From positions 3,038,001 to 3,102,000 of the forward strand of contig JBLDXI010000017.1 of NCBI GenBank assembly GCA_047495785.1: 64,000 nucleotides of DNA. Direction: 5' to 3'. Shown here in pieces: positions 38,198 through 49,798 of the stretch (the first letter of the stretch is position 1; each line of letters starts with the position of its first letter). Below the pieces are notes generated by a model. The model saw nothing but the letters and a program-made list of their open reading frames with translations. It made no database searches and had not been told where the DNA came from. The translations under genes and the position numbers were made by a program. This stretch comes from Lepidodermella squamata (Eukaryota; Animalia; Gastrotricha).

Positions 38198-39573
38198 TAC
38201 CCTATTCATAGTACCTAGTTATTATGCTTCTCTCTGCGAATTTGTCGTGTGTTAAATGTTACGATAACTTATTTGGTCAGATCTTGTTTCCGCTCATTCG
38301 TCAGATTTTATGAGACATTCGAAAGGCAGCCAATTAAGATTTAAGGGGCTCATGCAATCAATAACTTTCTGCAATACAAAACAATCTTATACCTACCTTT
38401 TTGAAAGCAGAACTTTATGAATTAACTTTGTTGTCTTCTGTCGCAGATACGCGCGCATTTGTGGTGCTTATCTTCTTGTGTAACCAATGCGCGCTTTAGT
38501 CACTTTCTCGGTTTTTATGGCAATTTCGCTTTTGTTTTGATGAAACTCCTATTTTGAACATCGAAATCCGATGATCACTTTCTGGACCGCTGCAATGATT
38601 TTCCTACTCGTTGAGAGCATTCGGTTCACTGTGTGTTGTGTCACATTGGCGGTTGTGCCCTTCTGATGCGATAGGTTCTTTCTTCTAAATGAACAGTCAT
38701 ACTATCAGTCTATTCCTGTGCCCTGCAGTGTGAAAAACTGGTGAAAATTGTAATGCGAAGAATTTTATTGGAAACAGCTTTTTTTACTCTGATGGCTGTG
38801 CATGGGTTTGATTTCCTTTTTATATATGAACATGTATAATTTTTACGTAAAGAATCCCCTAACTTTTGTTAACCCCTTGTTGCGTGCCATCCAAATTACC
38901 TATAACGATGTATGATATTATACCATTTGAAAGCATCGGAAATCATGGGTCCAGTAAATGAAATTCGGCTGTTGAGAAGATTTTATGATGAGAATACAAT
39001 ACATCAATCTTCTATAATTGAAAACTTGCGTTCATTGATGCAATTATTCAAATTTCTAATTGTTTGTTGGATCTCAAATAAATAAACAGAACGTTTTGGA
39101 GTTGCGGTTTCATCTTTTTCTGAAGTTAAAAAGCTCTAGGTTTCAAGAAGAAAACAATGCTATCAGACTGAAATCCCCGAAATGAGTCGAAAATCAGCAA
39201 TTTGATCCAATTTTAATACCAGTCTATATCGTTTTATACCGCTAAAAACATTTCTAAATCCACCCATGAATCAGCAAATTCGAGTCCATCCTCGGATGAT
39301 TGTATTTCAAGGCATTCATGATGATGAATTTGAGAAAAATCGCCGAAAAAAATTGAGTCTTCGTTAAGCCACGAGACTTTCATCCGAATTTTTGACATTT
39401 ATGAACTATAAATTTCATATGCCATTAGGTATTTGAAAATAATCTGCTCTGATGGATAAAGTGATTACACAAAAATTTAACGAATTTTCAGATTCATGTC
39501 TGAATGATTGTTACGTTTTATTGATCGGCATAGCAAACTTGGATGGTATCAAAAGATTGTTAAAATGGTTGTG

Positions 39574-41743
39574 TTATTCGTTAGTAACAAAGGTCGGCGA
39601 ATTCAGAATACCGCAGTGGTTGCCGGCAGATTCGATAAGCATGTAGCCGTTAAGGCCCCAATTAGTCGTGAAGGAGTTTTGCACAAGCAGGTAATCGCGG
39701 CCATTCAGCTCTCCATAACCGACGACAACCAACGCGTGGTTAGCCAGGTCAGGCGCGCTCCGGCAAGTCGGCTCGTTGTAAATTCCACTTGCGTAGAAGA
39801 AGAATGACTGAAAATGAACAAGACGATGAAGTCAATAGACGAAAAATCATTAAATCATTACAAACCTTATGCGAAGCATCTATGGCAACAGCAACAGGGC
39901 CATTCATCGCGACAGCACGTTTCAGTTCGAATTCGTCGTCAGGCGAAATCAAAACCCAGCCTAGAATTCGAAGAAAATATTTCAAGAAATATTTCAGAAA
40001 TTAACTGTTACGTTTTATCTTCGCAGAAACTGGCGTGTCTTTGCGGCATTGATCCTTTCGGTTGAGAAGCGGCCCGTAGGTAATCTCCGAGGACAAGCCG
40101 TTCTTGATGATGTAGTCGTAAGCGCGGAAATCTTCGCCGTTCTTACAATCATGAGTTCCTTCTTCATGAGCACAGTCTAGCAATTCTTGAGCCGAGAGTT
40201 TGTATCGCCGATTCGTTCGAAGGTAGATCGCAGATTCAACAACACAGGTGGCGGCAATCGCCCAATCGCTGCCGCAGTCACCCTGATCAGCTACAGGACA
40301 AGATGCGCCGAAGAGCCTCCAGTCAATAGCGCTTGGGACTTCCTGAATGCCACGAACGTTGTGCTTCTTCTCATCGAAAGGCACGCCGTTTTCAGTTTTG
40401 ATAATCGAGCGTTTGAAGCCGAGCAGTTTTCGCAGCTCGTTGTCAGTTCGGTCAGCCAGGTGGTTGATGCGTAGGCGGAACGGCAAACCAGCTCGATTCA
40501 TCAGGTTGACGTAGCGGAAATTGTGGCAGAAAGCAGTTCGGCGAATAGAAAGCTCTTCGTCAGATTCGTACTTCTTGCTGTAGCGACGCTGAAAGTGTTC
40601 GAACAACTTGACTATTTCGCGCTGGAAGTAGATGTGCTCCTCAGGTGTGACGAGGCTAGCGATAGGGTTGATGAATAGGCGCTCGATGTCGACTTCGGCA
40701 CGCAATAACGGGCGCTTCTCCTTCCGACCACCCTCGATTTGTTCGCCGCTTTGGTGTTCTTCAGGCCGTTGTTTACGAGTTTCATCGCGAATGCGCCGGC
40801 GCAAATGACTCATCAAATCTTCGCCCGTTTCGACCAAATTGCCAACAATCGATCTGCATTCGACGTCATTTGGAACCTAGGCATATTAGACAATGAATGA
40901 GAATAATTAAAGTTTTAAAATAAGGAAGATTACCTGGAAAACATCGTCAGTAGGCCGTGTAACGTAGACCTGCTTATATTCGACTTCATAGCGATCAGTC
41001 ACGACATCCAACCTCGTGTTGCGCGCTTCGACTTCAAGCTTGATAGGCTTGCGATTTTTCGGTTCTGTCAGCAGGATAAACGTGTGCTTCATCGAGCCAT
41101 CTTTGTCCAGCATCTCATACTTCCACCGGTCAACGCGATGCGAGCCGACTTGCTCTTCGCCCGAGCGTTTGAATTTTTCGAGCGTTGGAAAGGCACGCTG
41201 AGGTTTGACTTTCCTATCGCGTGTTCCACGAAGTTCGACGCACGTTGCTCGATCGGTTGGCAATTCGCGAGTCGGGAATTCGATGCGGTACAGTTTTTTG
41301 ATGTCGCCGCCGAGTTGAAGAGTTCGAACTTTCCCAGTGCCGTAGTCGACGCGGCTCCGCTGGTTCTTCCCGTCATAGAACAGCTTGAATTTCTCCGTCG
41401 TATTGTCGAGAAGCAGCTTCACAACACCTTCGACGACGTAGAAATCGAGCGGCGGCTTCTTTTCATCGTCGGAAGTGTCTTCGTCCGGCTTCTCCGAAGG
41501 CTCATCTTCGCGCGTCCTATTCTTGTCTTCAGCTTCTCGCTTCCGGTGCTTGCCAGTCGATTCGGCCTTTTCGCGGCTTTCTTCATGCTTAGTTTCGTTC
41601 AGATTTTCGCTTTCGAAGTGCAAGCCGCCAGTTCCAGTTTTAACGAGCGAAAGGGTTTCGCCAGCAGATGAAGACGAAACAAAATTATTGTATGCAAAAC
41701 TAAAACAAACGAGTATCACTGCCGGAAGTAATAGCCGGGCCAT
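39574..41743 (-). CDS. Secreted 26/29-kDa-proteinase-type papain-family (C1A) protein, predicted catalytically inactive
   Basis: Signal peptide, N-terminal extension, I29 propeptide (FCHNFRYV..INHLAD), mature domain IDWR..DQGDCGSDW, LSAQELLDC, GPVAVAIDAS, NHALVVVGYG, QNSF..WG..GY. Introns at about 40878-40933, 39961-40011 and 39808-39864. Confidence 0.9.
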
Positions 41744-41962
41744 TTTGTGTTTAAAATAATTTGAATAACAAGCTATGCCTAATTTTTCCATCAATAATTA
41801 GGGCTTTATAGCCGCCAGTCTCCTCCAATCCGATGACAACACAGGCCTGTTTCTATTGCGATCGCGTTGCATAACAAAGCTGCTTGAAGAGGGCATAACA
41901 AATTTTTTGATTGAAATTTCAAATTTTCATCACAAATTGGATGCAGCTTCACGGTAAACAGA

Positions 41963-42204
41963 ATGCCGCGCACTCTCGTTGATTCCGATTACGAATCTTC
42001 GTTAGAAGAAATCTATGAATCCAATTACGGTGCATTTATCGGAACTGCTTTCATCATCTTAACAATTTACGCTGGACTGATTTTCGCAATTGTCTACGCC
42101 CATTCAATAATTGTATATTTTCTAGTTCACGCAATACTTTGTAATTATTTCTTTTCCAGACGACATTTCCAATCGATTTCAGCATTGATAACTTGCAATT
42201 ATGA
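41963..42204 (+). CDS. Small single-pass membrane protein (hypothetical)
   Basis: Acidic N-terminus followed by a hydrophobic helix (YGAFIGTAFIILTIYAGLIFAIVYA). Probable intron at about 42113-42159; the 3' end is uncertain. Confidence 0.4.
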
Positions 42205-42709
42205 CTCTATGGTCTCCGGTCTCCGCGTTTCTATGCCGATGAAGAGAATTAGCAACAAAGTGGAGCTGGTCAACAGATGATAGTATTACTGGAGCAAAGC
42301 ATTTGATCAGCTTGTTGAGTAGGAACCTTGTTTTAGCCTGCCATTTTTAGCGAACACTTTTTTGTGAAAGTTGTACGTGAAATAAACGTAGCCAATTTGT
42401 TTAATTCGTCATTATTTTATTGCGCCATGTGAGCCGAACCATTTTCTCACTTTCATCCCATAAGATATTGAGAGAATGAAACTAATATACGTTTTCCATC
42501 GAATTTCCACAGGTATTATTCTCAGGAAATAGCCACCCCGAACCGGCCAATGTAAATGCAAATTCGCGCGCAATTACAAAACTGACAATAATTACCTTCT
42601 CTTCCAAAATAAAGATGAGCAATGGGTGTGCGCGTAAGTGTAGTAGGTAGTTCTGCCTTCAACTTGTGAACGCAATGTCAACATCCTTTTAACTTTGATT
42701 AAATAAGTA

Positions 42710-43004
42710 CAGTGAAACCTTGACTCTCTGTCTTTTACACGGTCTCGCGGAAGACCTGACGCAAAATTGAAATTGATGGCAAATCAAAAGAATTTCTACT
42801 TATTAACTGGCGGAGGAAAAAAATCTTTGCTTTGGACTGTGTCGAGACATCTCATAAGAAGCGCGGTAATTAGGTATTTTCTGAAATATGATACAAGATA
42901 TAAGCAATATGAGCGAAAACGGCTTATTATGATTTCCTATCCATTTCAATTCCGCGCCAGGTCTTCCGCGTGACCGTGAAAGACGGAGAATCGAGGTTTC
43001 CCTG
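42710..43004. mobile_element. MITE, Tc1/mariner-pogo superfamily, 295 bp, TA target-site duplication
   Basis: TA|CAGTGAAACCTTGACTCTCTGTCTTTTACACGGTCTCGCGGAAGACCTG... and ...CAGGTCTTCCGCGTGACCGTGAAAGACGGAGAATCGAGGTTTCCCTG|TA form imperfect TIRs of about 75-80 bp. No transposase. Confidence 0.88.
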
Positions 43005-43252
43005 TACCCATTTAATCTCAGTTAAACGAATCGTGGAATGCATCAATCGGAGAAAATATCATAAAATCTCGATGCGCCGGGTTTTCCGGCGTAGATTAAA
43101 AGCAGTAATAAGTAAATAAATCAGGCTCGGAGCGATCTTCGCTAATTGAAAAGAAAATTGAACGAAAAGCCACAAACGCTTTGGGTGATTGCGTTCAGTA
43201 TGTATGATTTTCGCCTTTTTACAGATTGACATTGTTGGGACAAAAAATAGAA

Positions 43253-45712
43253 ATGGCAAGTCGTTTCTTCGTATTCATTTTTCTGCATGCTTCATCGTGT
43301 TTCGCCCGAAAGCCTTACACAATGGATCTGTATGTGATGCTGCCCATAACAGGTCAAGAGCCTCGTAATGGATTGGACTGCCGATACGGAGCTGAAGTTG
43401 CGATCAGCGAGACTAACAAACGCTCTGAAATTCTGTCCGACTATCATTTGCAGCTAATACCCGGCGATGAGGCCTCAGAAGGACAAAAGGCTGTAAGCGG
43501 AACCATGGGATTCTATCGGGGCTACGAAGACAAGCCGGTTGAAAACGCGACGAGGTTCATGTCACCGGCTATGGTGGCTGGCTATCAAACTAATGGTTGC
43601 AAAGGATTAGGCGGCATGCTGCATCACATCGGCATGGTTGCTTTTTCGATTTCAGCTGCAGGATCTGTACTAACAGATAGAAATCGCTACCCTAATATTT
43701 ACCTAACCCGAACGCATTCCGTCAATATTGTTCACGCCACTGTTCAAATCATGAAAAACATTGGCAAGTGGAGAAAAGCTGCGATTCTGGTTTATTTCCC
43801 GAATTCAGCTGATTTCAGCTCGGCTCAACTGCTGCAACAAGTTGCTCAGCAGCAGAATATAACAATAGCTGCTTTTGAAGGATTCCTTGATTTCATGGAT
43901 CCTACTGCACTGACCAATGTCAAGAGCAAGGATATTCGAGTCATCGTCGCTTGGTTTTCCCTTGTCACACTGGGCAGGCAGTTTTTCTGTGAGACCTATA
44001 AACTCGGATTAACATGTGACAGATATGTATTCCTAACCCAACTAAATCTTCTGATTGATCCTTACACTATTCCTGAGGAGGTTTACCCCGGTTGCACCAG
44101 ACAAATCATCATGGAGCAAATGAAATGCGCTTATGGAGCCGGGCCACAGCAGGTGCCGTCAGTCAAGAACATTCGATCTCATCTTGGCTACGATGCCAAC
44201 GAGTTTGAGACTCTGTTCGATAGAGTCTCAAACAATTCCCGCAATGTAGATTATCCCTACCGATATCAATGCCATGACGCGACTATGGACGCAATTGTCA
44301 CATTGGAAGAGGCTGAGAAAGCGATGAAAAAAGCCTACAATGGAACCCTGACCCTTCGGAACTTTACAGAGCAACCCAAATTGGTAATGAAGTTTGTCAA
44401 CCAATCTGCTATCAATTTGGACTTCAATGGTTTGAGAATCGGCCGTATCAAATACAGCGACGTCTCTGGCGAGTTGGCAACCGACTTTTCCAGTCTGGTT
44501 TATTGGGGCACGGGGTTTCTACAGTATCTCGGGAAGATCGTGCAAAAAGATAATACACCTGGTAGAAGTAACGATGACTACATGCCACTGCTTTCGGCCA
44601 ACTTTCCATGGCAGACGTCTAACGGGAAGCCGCCAAAAGATACCCTGGAACACTTCTACATTGTTGAGGCAGTTCCATTCGAAAGCTTTGCCGCAGTCGT
44701 TGGTTTAGCAGTAGCTTGGACGGCTATTATGACATTGGGGCTAGTATTTAATTTGCTAGGAGAGAATTCTCGTGACTTCTTGGTGAAAATAATATCTTAT
44801 ATCGGTTGTGTATTGATGAACGCTGGAGCTATTTTATTTGCCTTGGATCTGACAAATATTCAAGCCCCAAGAATCATCTGGAACATACGGATAATAGTCA
44901 TCGCCCTTGGTCTTTCCGTTATCAATGGCATTTTATTCGGGAGAATGTATTGCTTTAAGAAGGACCTGACCGAGCAGCTCAGCAAAATGGTTCGCCACGT
45001 CAAGAAAAACCCTACTTTGCGACCGGTTATGAATCTGAAGCGCCAAAGCCTTCACTACGCCGGTGCAATCGTCGCGATCGGAGCCGCGCTCCTTGTAATT
45101 TGGTTACCCGTTGATCCTATTCAGTGCGAACTGGTCAGCAAGCAAACTCGCTACGACTTCATCAGAGATGCCTATCTGGAGTATATGAACTTGAGTTGCC
45201 ACTCGAAGTATCAAGCCGCTTGGCAGTTTTCCCTAGCTGGATTTCACGCGCTGCTTTTCGTTTTCGCTGGCTATTATACGTACTACCTTCGATGTAATAA
45301 GGCTTCTTATTTCATTCCCGAGTTCATTCCGACTACAATAGCGCTACTAAGCTCGATTGGCTTGATACCGGCAGCAGTTCTTATTCTGCTCACGATCCTA
45401 AATCCGGTTAGCCAGGACTTGGTAATATCGTTCATGTCCATTCTTTTTTCGATAATAGCTGGAAGTTCGTTGTTTGTTTATTCGAAATTTAAATTGCCCA
45501 AAATGCGCCAGTTGCGACGCAATGGCAATGGGATTCAAACGTCTGCATCAGGTTCGCAGACTGGCATGTCGCAAAGCATGGGGATAACTGAGCTGACGGG
45601 TTCTATTCTGGACAAATTTCCAACTATCGGTGGATCCGCGGCCTCTCTAACAAGTCAGATTGAGCCGAACAAGCGAGAGGTTTCTGTTCAGCCTCATCAA
45701 AATGCCACGTGA
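43253..45712 (+). CDS. Divergent class C GPCR, GABA-B-receptor-like (Venus flytrap plus 7TM), intronless CDS
   Basis: Signal peptide, ANF/periplasmic-binding-like ectodomain (ILSDYHL, LTDRNRYPNIYLT, WRKAAI, KSKDIRVI, FCETYKLGL), seven hydrophobic helices with W..DP after TM4, and no cysteine-rich domain. Confidence 0.82.
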   Translation: MASRFFVFIFLHASSCFARKPYTMDLYVMLPITGQEPRNGLDCRYGAEVAISETNKRSEILSDYHLQLIPGDEASEGQKAVSGTMGFYRGYEDKPVENATRFMSPAMVAGYQTNGCKGLGGMLHHIGMVAFSISAAGSVLTDRNRYPNIYLTRTHSVNIVHATVQIMKNIGKWRKAAILVYFPNSADFSSAQLLQQVAQQQNITIAAFEGFLDFMDPTALTNVKSKDIRVIVAWFSLVTLGRQFFCETYKLGLTCDRYVFLTQLNLLIDPYTIPEEVYPGCTRQIIMEQMKCAYGAGPQQVPSVKNIRSHLGYDANEFETLFDRVSNNSRNVDYPYRYQCHDATMDAIVTLEEAEKAMKKAYNGTLTLRNFTEQPKLVMKFVNQSAINLDFNGLRIGRIKYSDVSGELATDFSSLVYWGTGFLQYLGKIVQKDNTPGRSNDDYMPLLSANFPWQTSNGKPPKDTLEHFYIVEAVPFESFAAVVGLAVAWTAIMTLGLVFNLLGENSRDFLVKIISYIGCVLMNAGAILFALDLTNIQAPRIIWNIRIIVIALGLSVINGILFGRMYCFKKDLTEQLSKMVRHVKKNPTLRPVMNLKRQSLHYAGAIVAIGAALLVIWLPVDPIQCELVSKQTRYDFIRDAYLEYMNLSCHSKYQAAWQFSLAGFHALLFVFAGYYTYYLRCNKASYFIPEFIPTTIALLSSIGLIPAAVLILLTILNPVSQDLVISFMSILFSIIAGSSLFVYSKFKLPKMRQLRRNGNGIQTSASGSQTGMSQSMGITELTGSILDKFPTIGGSAASLTSQIEPNKREVSVQPHQNAT

Positions 45713-48700
45713 ACAGATGAAGTGGAGATTCTCGGCCATTGTAACATAAAACAATCGCATCGATTAACATTTAGCCGTTTTTCATTGTGCCTTGTTAACT
45801 ATATTCGTATAGATATAGTAATATTCTCACTTGAAGTTGCAGCATTTCATAGAGATCAGAGTTTGCACTAAAGCTTTTTTCTTGAAACAAAAAATTTTTT
45901 GTGTGCGCGCTTTCTTTGAAAACATGCCTGTTTTACATAGTAATTTTGTGTTTTTCAACATTTCGCGCGGAAATCGGTCAGGTATTTTCTGTCAAGTGAA
46001 ACCTTGCTCTTTCACTTTTGATCCTGCTCTTTCACATGGTAATGGCCGCTTGTTGCCAAAATTATCTATCCTAGCGATTTTCGAGTGGATATCGAATCGT
46101 CTTTGATGAGGTCGCCCGCACTCACTCAGCTATTAACAGTTACTAGTAACTTACTAGGTCTCGACTTGGACACTGTAAGATTAATGATGAAATTAGATTT
46201 TCGCATATAATATAAAACTCATACTATTGATCATGCTTTGCTGAATTGAACAGCGCCTCGTCGACTCTTTGACGGCCAACTACCCGGCTGACCACGCGTT
46301 TTTTCGGACCCCATAGGCCTAAGGGCGCCGCAGAAATCTACTTCAGATAGTTACTCTAACAGCAGCGAAGGCACTGCTGGCCATTCGGTGCGATTCTTTT
46401 TTCAAGCCCGCACAGTTCCAACGACCGGCCTTGTGTGCCTCGCCTATGCAACCAGCTACTGCAACGCGAAGTTGTCACCCACCAAGAAAAGCTATTAATC
46501 TTCTATATATCGATCAGAATAGTAAGACTCAATCTTTCCTGCTGATTTCGCTATAAATAAATTAAATTCGCTCTTTTGCGGTAAGAAAAATGAGTTATGA
46601 CCTTAGGCTGCGCCACTACCACTGCCACTACCGGACAGGGTGCTTGCTCTGAAATATTCCTGCGACATGAAAATTTGTTGATTATTTATATATTCGGTCG
46701 ATTATTTTTCATTGTTAAAAACCGGTAATTTTCAAACGTTATTAAGAAATATATTTTCTCCTTGACGCTCTTCGTTGCGTAATATGGCGCTTCATAATCA
46801 GCGGTTCATAATTTGTGTTGGAAGATGTTTGTGTGACACGAGAGATGAGAAGTCTGTTTGCGTCTGACCAATTCCGTATGGTTTTTTCAGGCAAGAATGA
46901 TCGCGGAACGTAGAGGTGTGTCTGTTGTGCTGGGAAAGTTTGTCTATTTTTGGAAAATTCACTTTTTTCCATCTCGTCGTCATCGTCTTCAGTTGCCAAT
47001 CCGCAATCCGTTCCGTCCGTCAATATGTAATCGTTCTCAGTTCTCCGTTGTCTGTCGTCTATGTGATTTCTACGTTGATCATGTATCGTGGCAGTAAAAA
47101 CAATATTATATTGATGTGCAAGACAGGTGAAGTTTAATACTAGACTCTTAGTTTCACCGTTATACAGAGCAGTCCGTAGCACGCCTTTTTCTAACGGTCC
47201 ATGACTAATTCTTTCAAACCCGGCTGGAAGATGAACATCGGCTGAGCCAGAGGCACACTACTAAAAATGGTTAACAGAGAAAAAATCGTTAGCTAGCCTG
47301 GAACAATGATAAATGGCATCTAACTAGATGGAAGCCGTTGTCAGCTTAATATTGATGAAAGCAAGGTCAGCTTAGTAACAACACCAGTAAACTTTAGCTG
47401 AGGTGCAATGTAGCAGTGGTGCCCCTCCAGATCAAACCTTGTTCAATGATCAATGGGAGCAAATCACTCTTCCACCAGCTTTTTCATGCTAGATCGAGTC
47501 AGGGGTTTGGACTCATTATTGGGCTGTGCTGCTAAATAGAGTAGTCAATTATTATTAACCAAACTGTTAAGGTTTTAGAGACATTAGTTGTGTCTCTGAA
47601 CTTGAGTTTCATCAAATTATGACCATCTGCTAAAGCCATCGCTTAACTGTAATTAAAGGCGCGTTTTCCCGGAAGCTGCGAGTATTCATTTCATTAGAAC
47701 TATAAGCTGCTGAAACGACACACAGTCATCGCCGTTGACAAAACCACAGCTACCCAACATCAAACCCTGGGCTCTCTGATCTAAGCGACATCGCAGATCA
47801 AGATTATCCGCGATCGCTACGGATGGTAAAGGTTGACTGTTCGATTGTTGTCCCGCGTCGAAGGCGGCAAAATCCTCACGAAGGGTGTATACGCTGTGAT
47901 CATCACTATGGGTCGTTGCCCGTGTATCGTGCTACAATAGCAATAGTGACGATTAGGTTAAGCAGGATAATTGTTGCGCTGATCAGCGATCATCCTAATC
48001 AGAACTAATGAGTCTTGCTCATTCACCTTGTCGTGATTTTCATTATTTGCTTTTGTATTTTGGAACGTTCCAATGTAGTCCGTTTAATATTCTATATTTT
48101 CTCAGAGAGAGAATATTTAACACATCCGTAGAAGCAAACAATAATAATCAAAGGTGGACCAAGGCCTTGTCGTCCCCTTCCTCTCCCCAAAAATGACGCG
48201 TGTTTTTGTGAGATCACCAGGTGTCATTTGGGCGTGTGAGCCTATCCAGACCAAGTATTTTCCGGCCCCAAGTGTCAATGTTCGCTCTTCTATGATCACC
48301 TTTAACTGATGATACTAATTATAAGCCTGGTTATGATACACGATTTTTTGGGGAACAATCAACTTTGCCGTGAACGCTACTGAAAATGGGAATTATGCTT
48401 CATCCTTGCCGCACTATCTATATTTTCAACACGCAAATACTGGTTATAGCTGTCATCATGTATTGCGCTCCAAGATGATACGCATCAACCAGCCTGTTCG
48501 TCATTTGGTTGTACTCCTATTTTGTAACTGTTTTTTTTCATTTAATCAATGGAATTATGCGATTTATTTAACGCAATAGGTATTCAACTTAGGTAGTTCA
48601 ATTCGATAGTTAACAAAATTTCTTCACCCCAATTAACCATTTGTTTTATTTTTTGATGCAAGATAACGCTAATCGAGTCCGTCATTATTTATCCATTCGA

Positions 48701-49798
48701 TGAATTTTTCGACGATGAATCGTTTCGACGTGACCTTACAGATGCGAAAAACTTTAATTTTATTGTTCCTGTACAACATTTTTCGAGTTGATGGAATATT
48801 CTTAGATGATGAATTTGAGACTATACTAATTATTTCTTTTCACCGGGTTTTTGCTGCCTTTTGGTACTCGCAATTATGGATAGAGCGATAATCGACTTAC
48901 TGCTCATTTAGCCTCAGATGTATGGTGCTGTCCCAGACAGTTATTATTTATTTGTATGTGTTGCCATTTGCGTACTGATTGATTTATTCACACACACTCG
49001 TATTCTAGATCCGCGCTGAGGCGGCGTCTGGGCCTATATCGCGCTAGTCAATGTGAGGGCGCGGCCGTAAGGGCGCCGCCGGTCTGACCTTACGCATTAC
49101 ATAATGCCTCGGTCGCATTATATGTGAGTGTGCGTGGGCCTTATACTTACATGCAGCTTTATTACCGTATATTTTGCGCTATATATTGTTTTATTATTTA
49201 TTATACGCCGCATACAAGTGCTTGCGCAACCGCACTGTGCCGTCAATGCCACGTTCGCCCGGAGGTTAGTTCGGCCACTGTTCAGATTACTGTGATGGCC
49301 TTGAACGACCCGATGTTCGAGCCGTTGTAGTTAGTTTTAGCTTTTTCAAACCGCCACACATTAGATACAATGGCCCGTGCGGCCATGACCTCGTGCGGAC
49401 ATCGCGAAGTGCAAACTCATCCTTGTCTCGCAGGATACCGTGTCACTGTTTGTCCCCTGTAAGCATGCTGCGCGAGGTCGTCTTGCGCAATCGCCTTTAA
49501 GGTGTTTCACGTGTTTTTCTTTACGGGGGCAGTCCGCGGCATTCCTTCTTGATGGCTGTGTTGTATAGCAGCTCATCATTTCTCATGACTAGAATGTGTA
49601 AGCGAATCGTTCATTCACCTGTTTTGCGCCCCCTATTAACCCATCTACGAAAATTATTCTTGACCCGCAATTGCTTATCAGTGATCGTCGGTCTATATTT
49701 TAACTGAGTTTTCGCATTTTGCTCACCTTTCACTTGATCAATTTTTTCACTAATATCTGTTAATTATAGGTCGACGATAGCTTTATATGTTAATGTGA

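Noticed and set aside
42160-42350. Selenocysteine or readthrough at TGA-CTC in the small membrane ORF
   Set aside because: The downstream ATGA..AAA..TGA stretch does not form a proper SECIS helix, and the exon frame is itself uncertain.
47750-47830. tRNA- or SINE-like sequence on the minus strand
   Set aside because: Only a degenerate B-box-like stretch, with no cloverleaf or target-site duplication.
3740-49080. Recurrent AGGGCGCCGC motif (about 3741, 46322, 49070) and GC-rich block 36400-36575
   Set aside because: Possibly MITE debris, but too short and without paired TIRs to call.
46742-49579. Short ORFs between the GPCR and bZIP genes
   Set aside because: No recognisable domains or consistent splicing; most likely regulatory DNA for the transcription factor.
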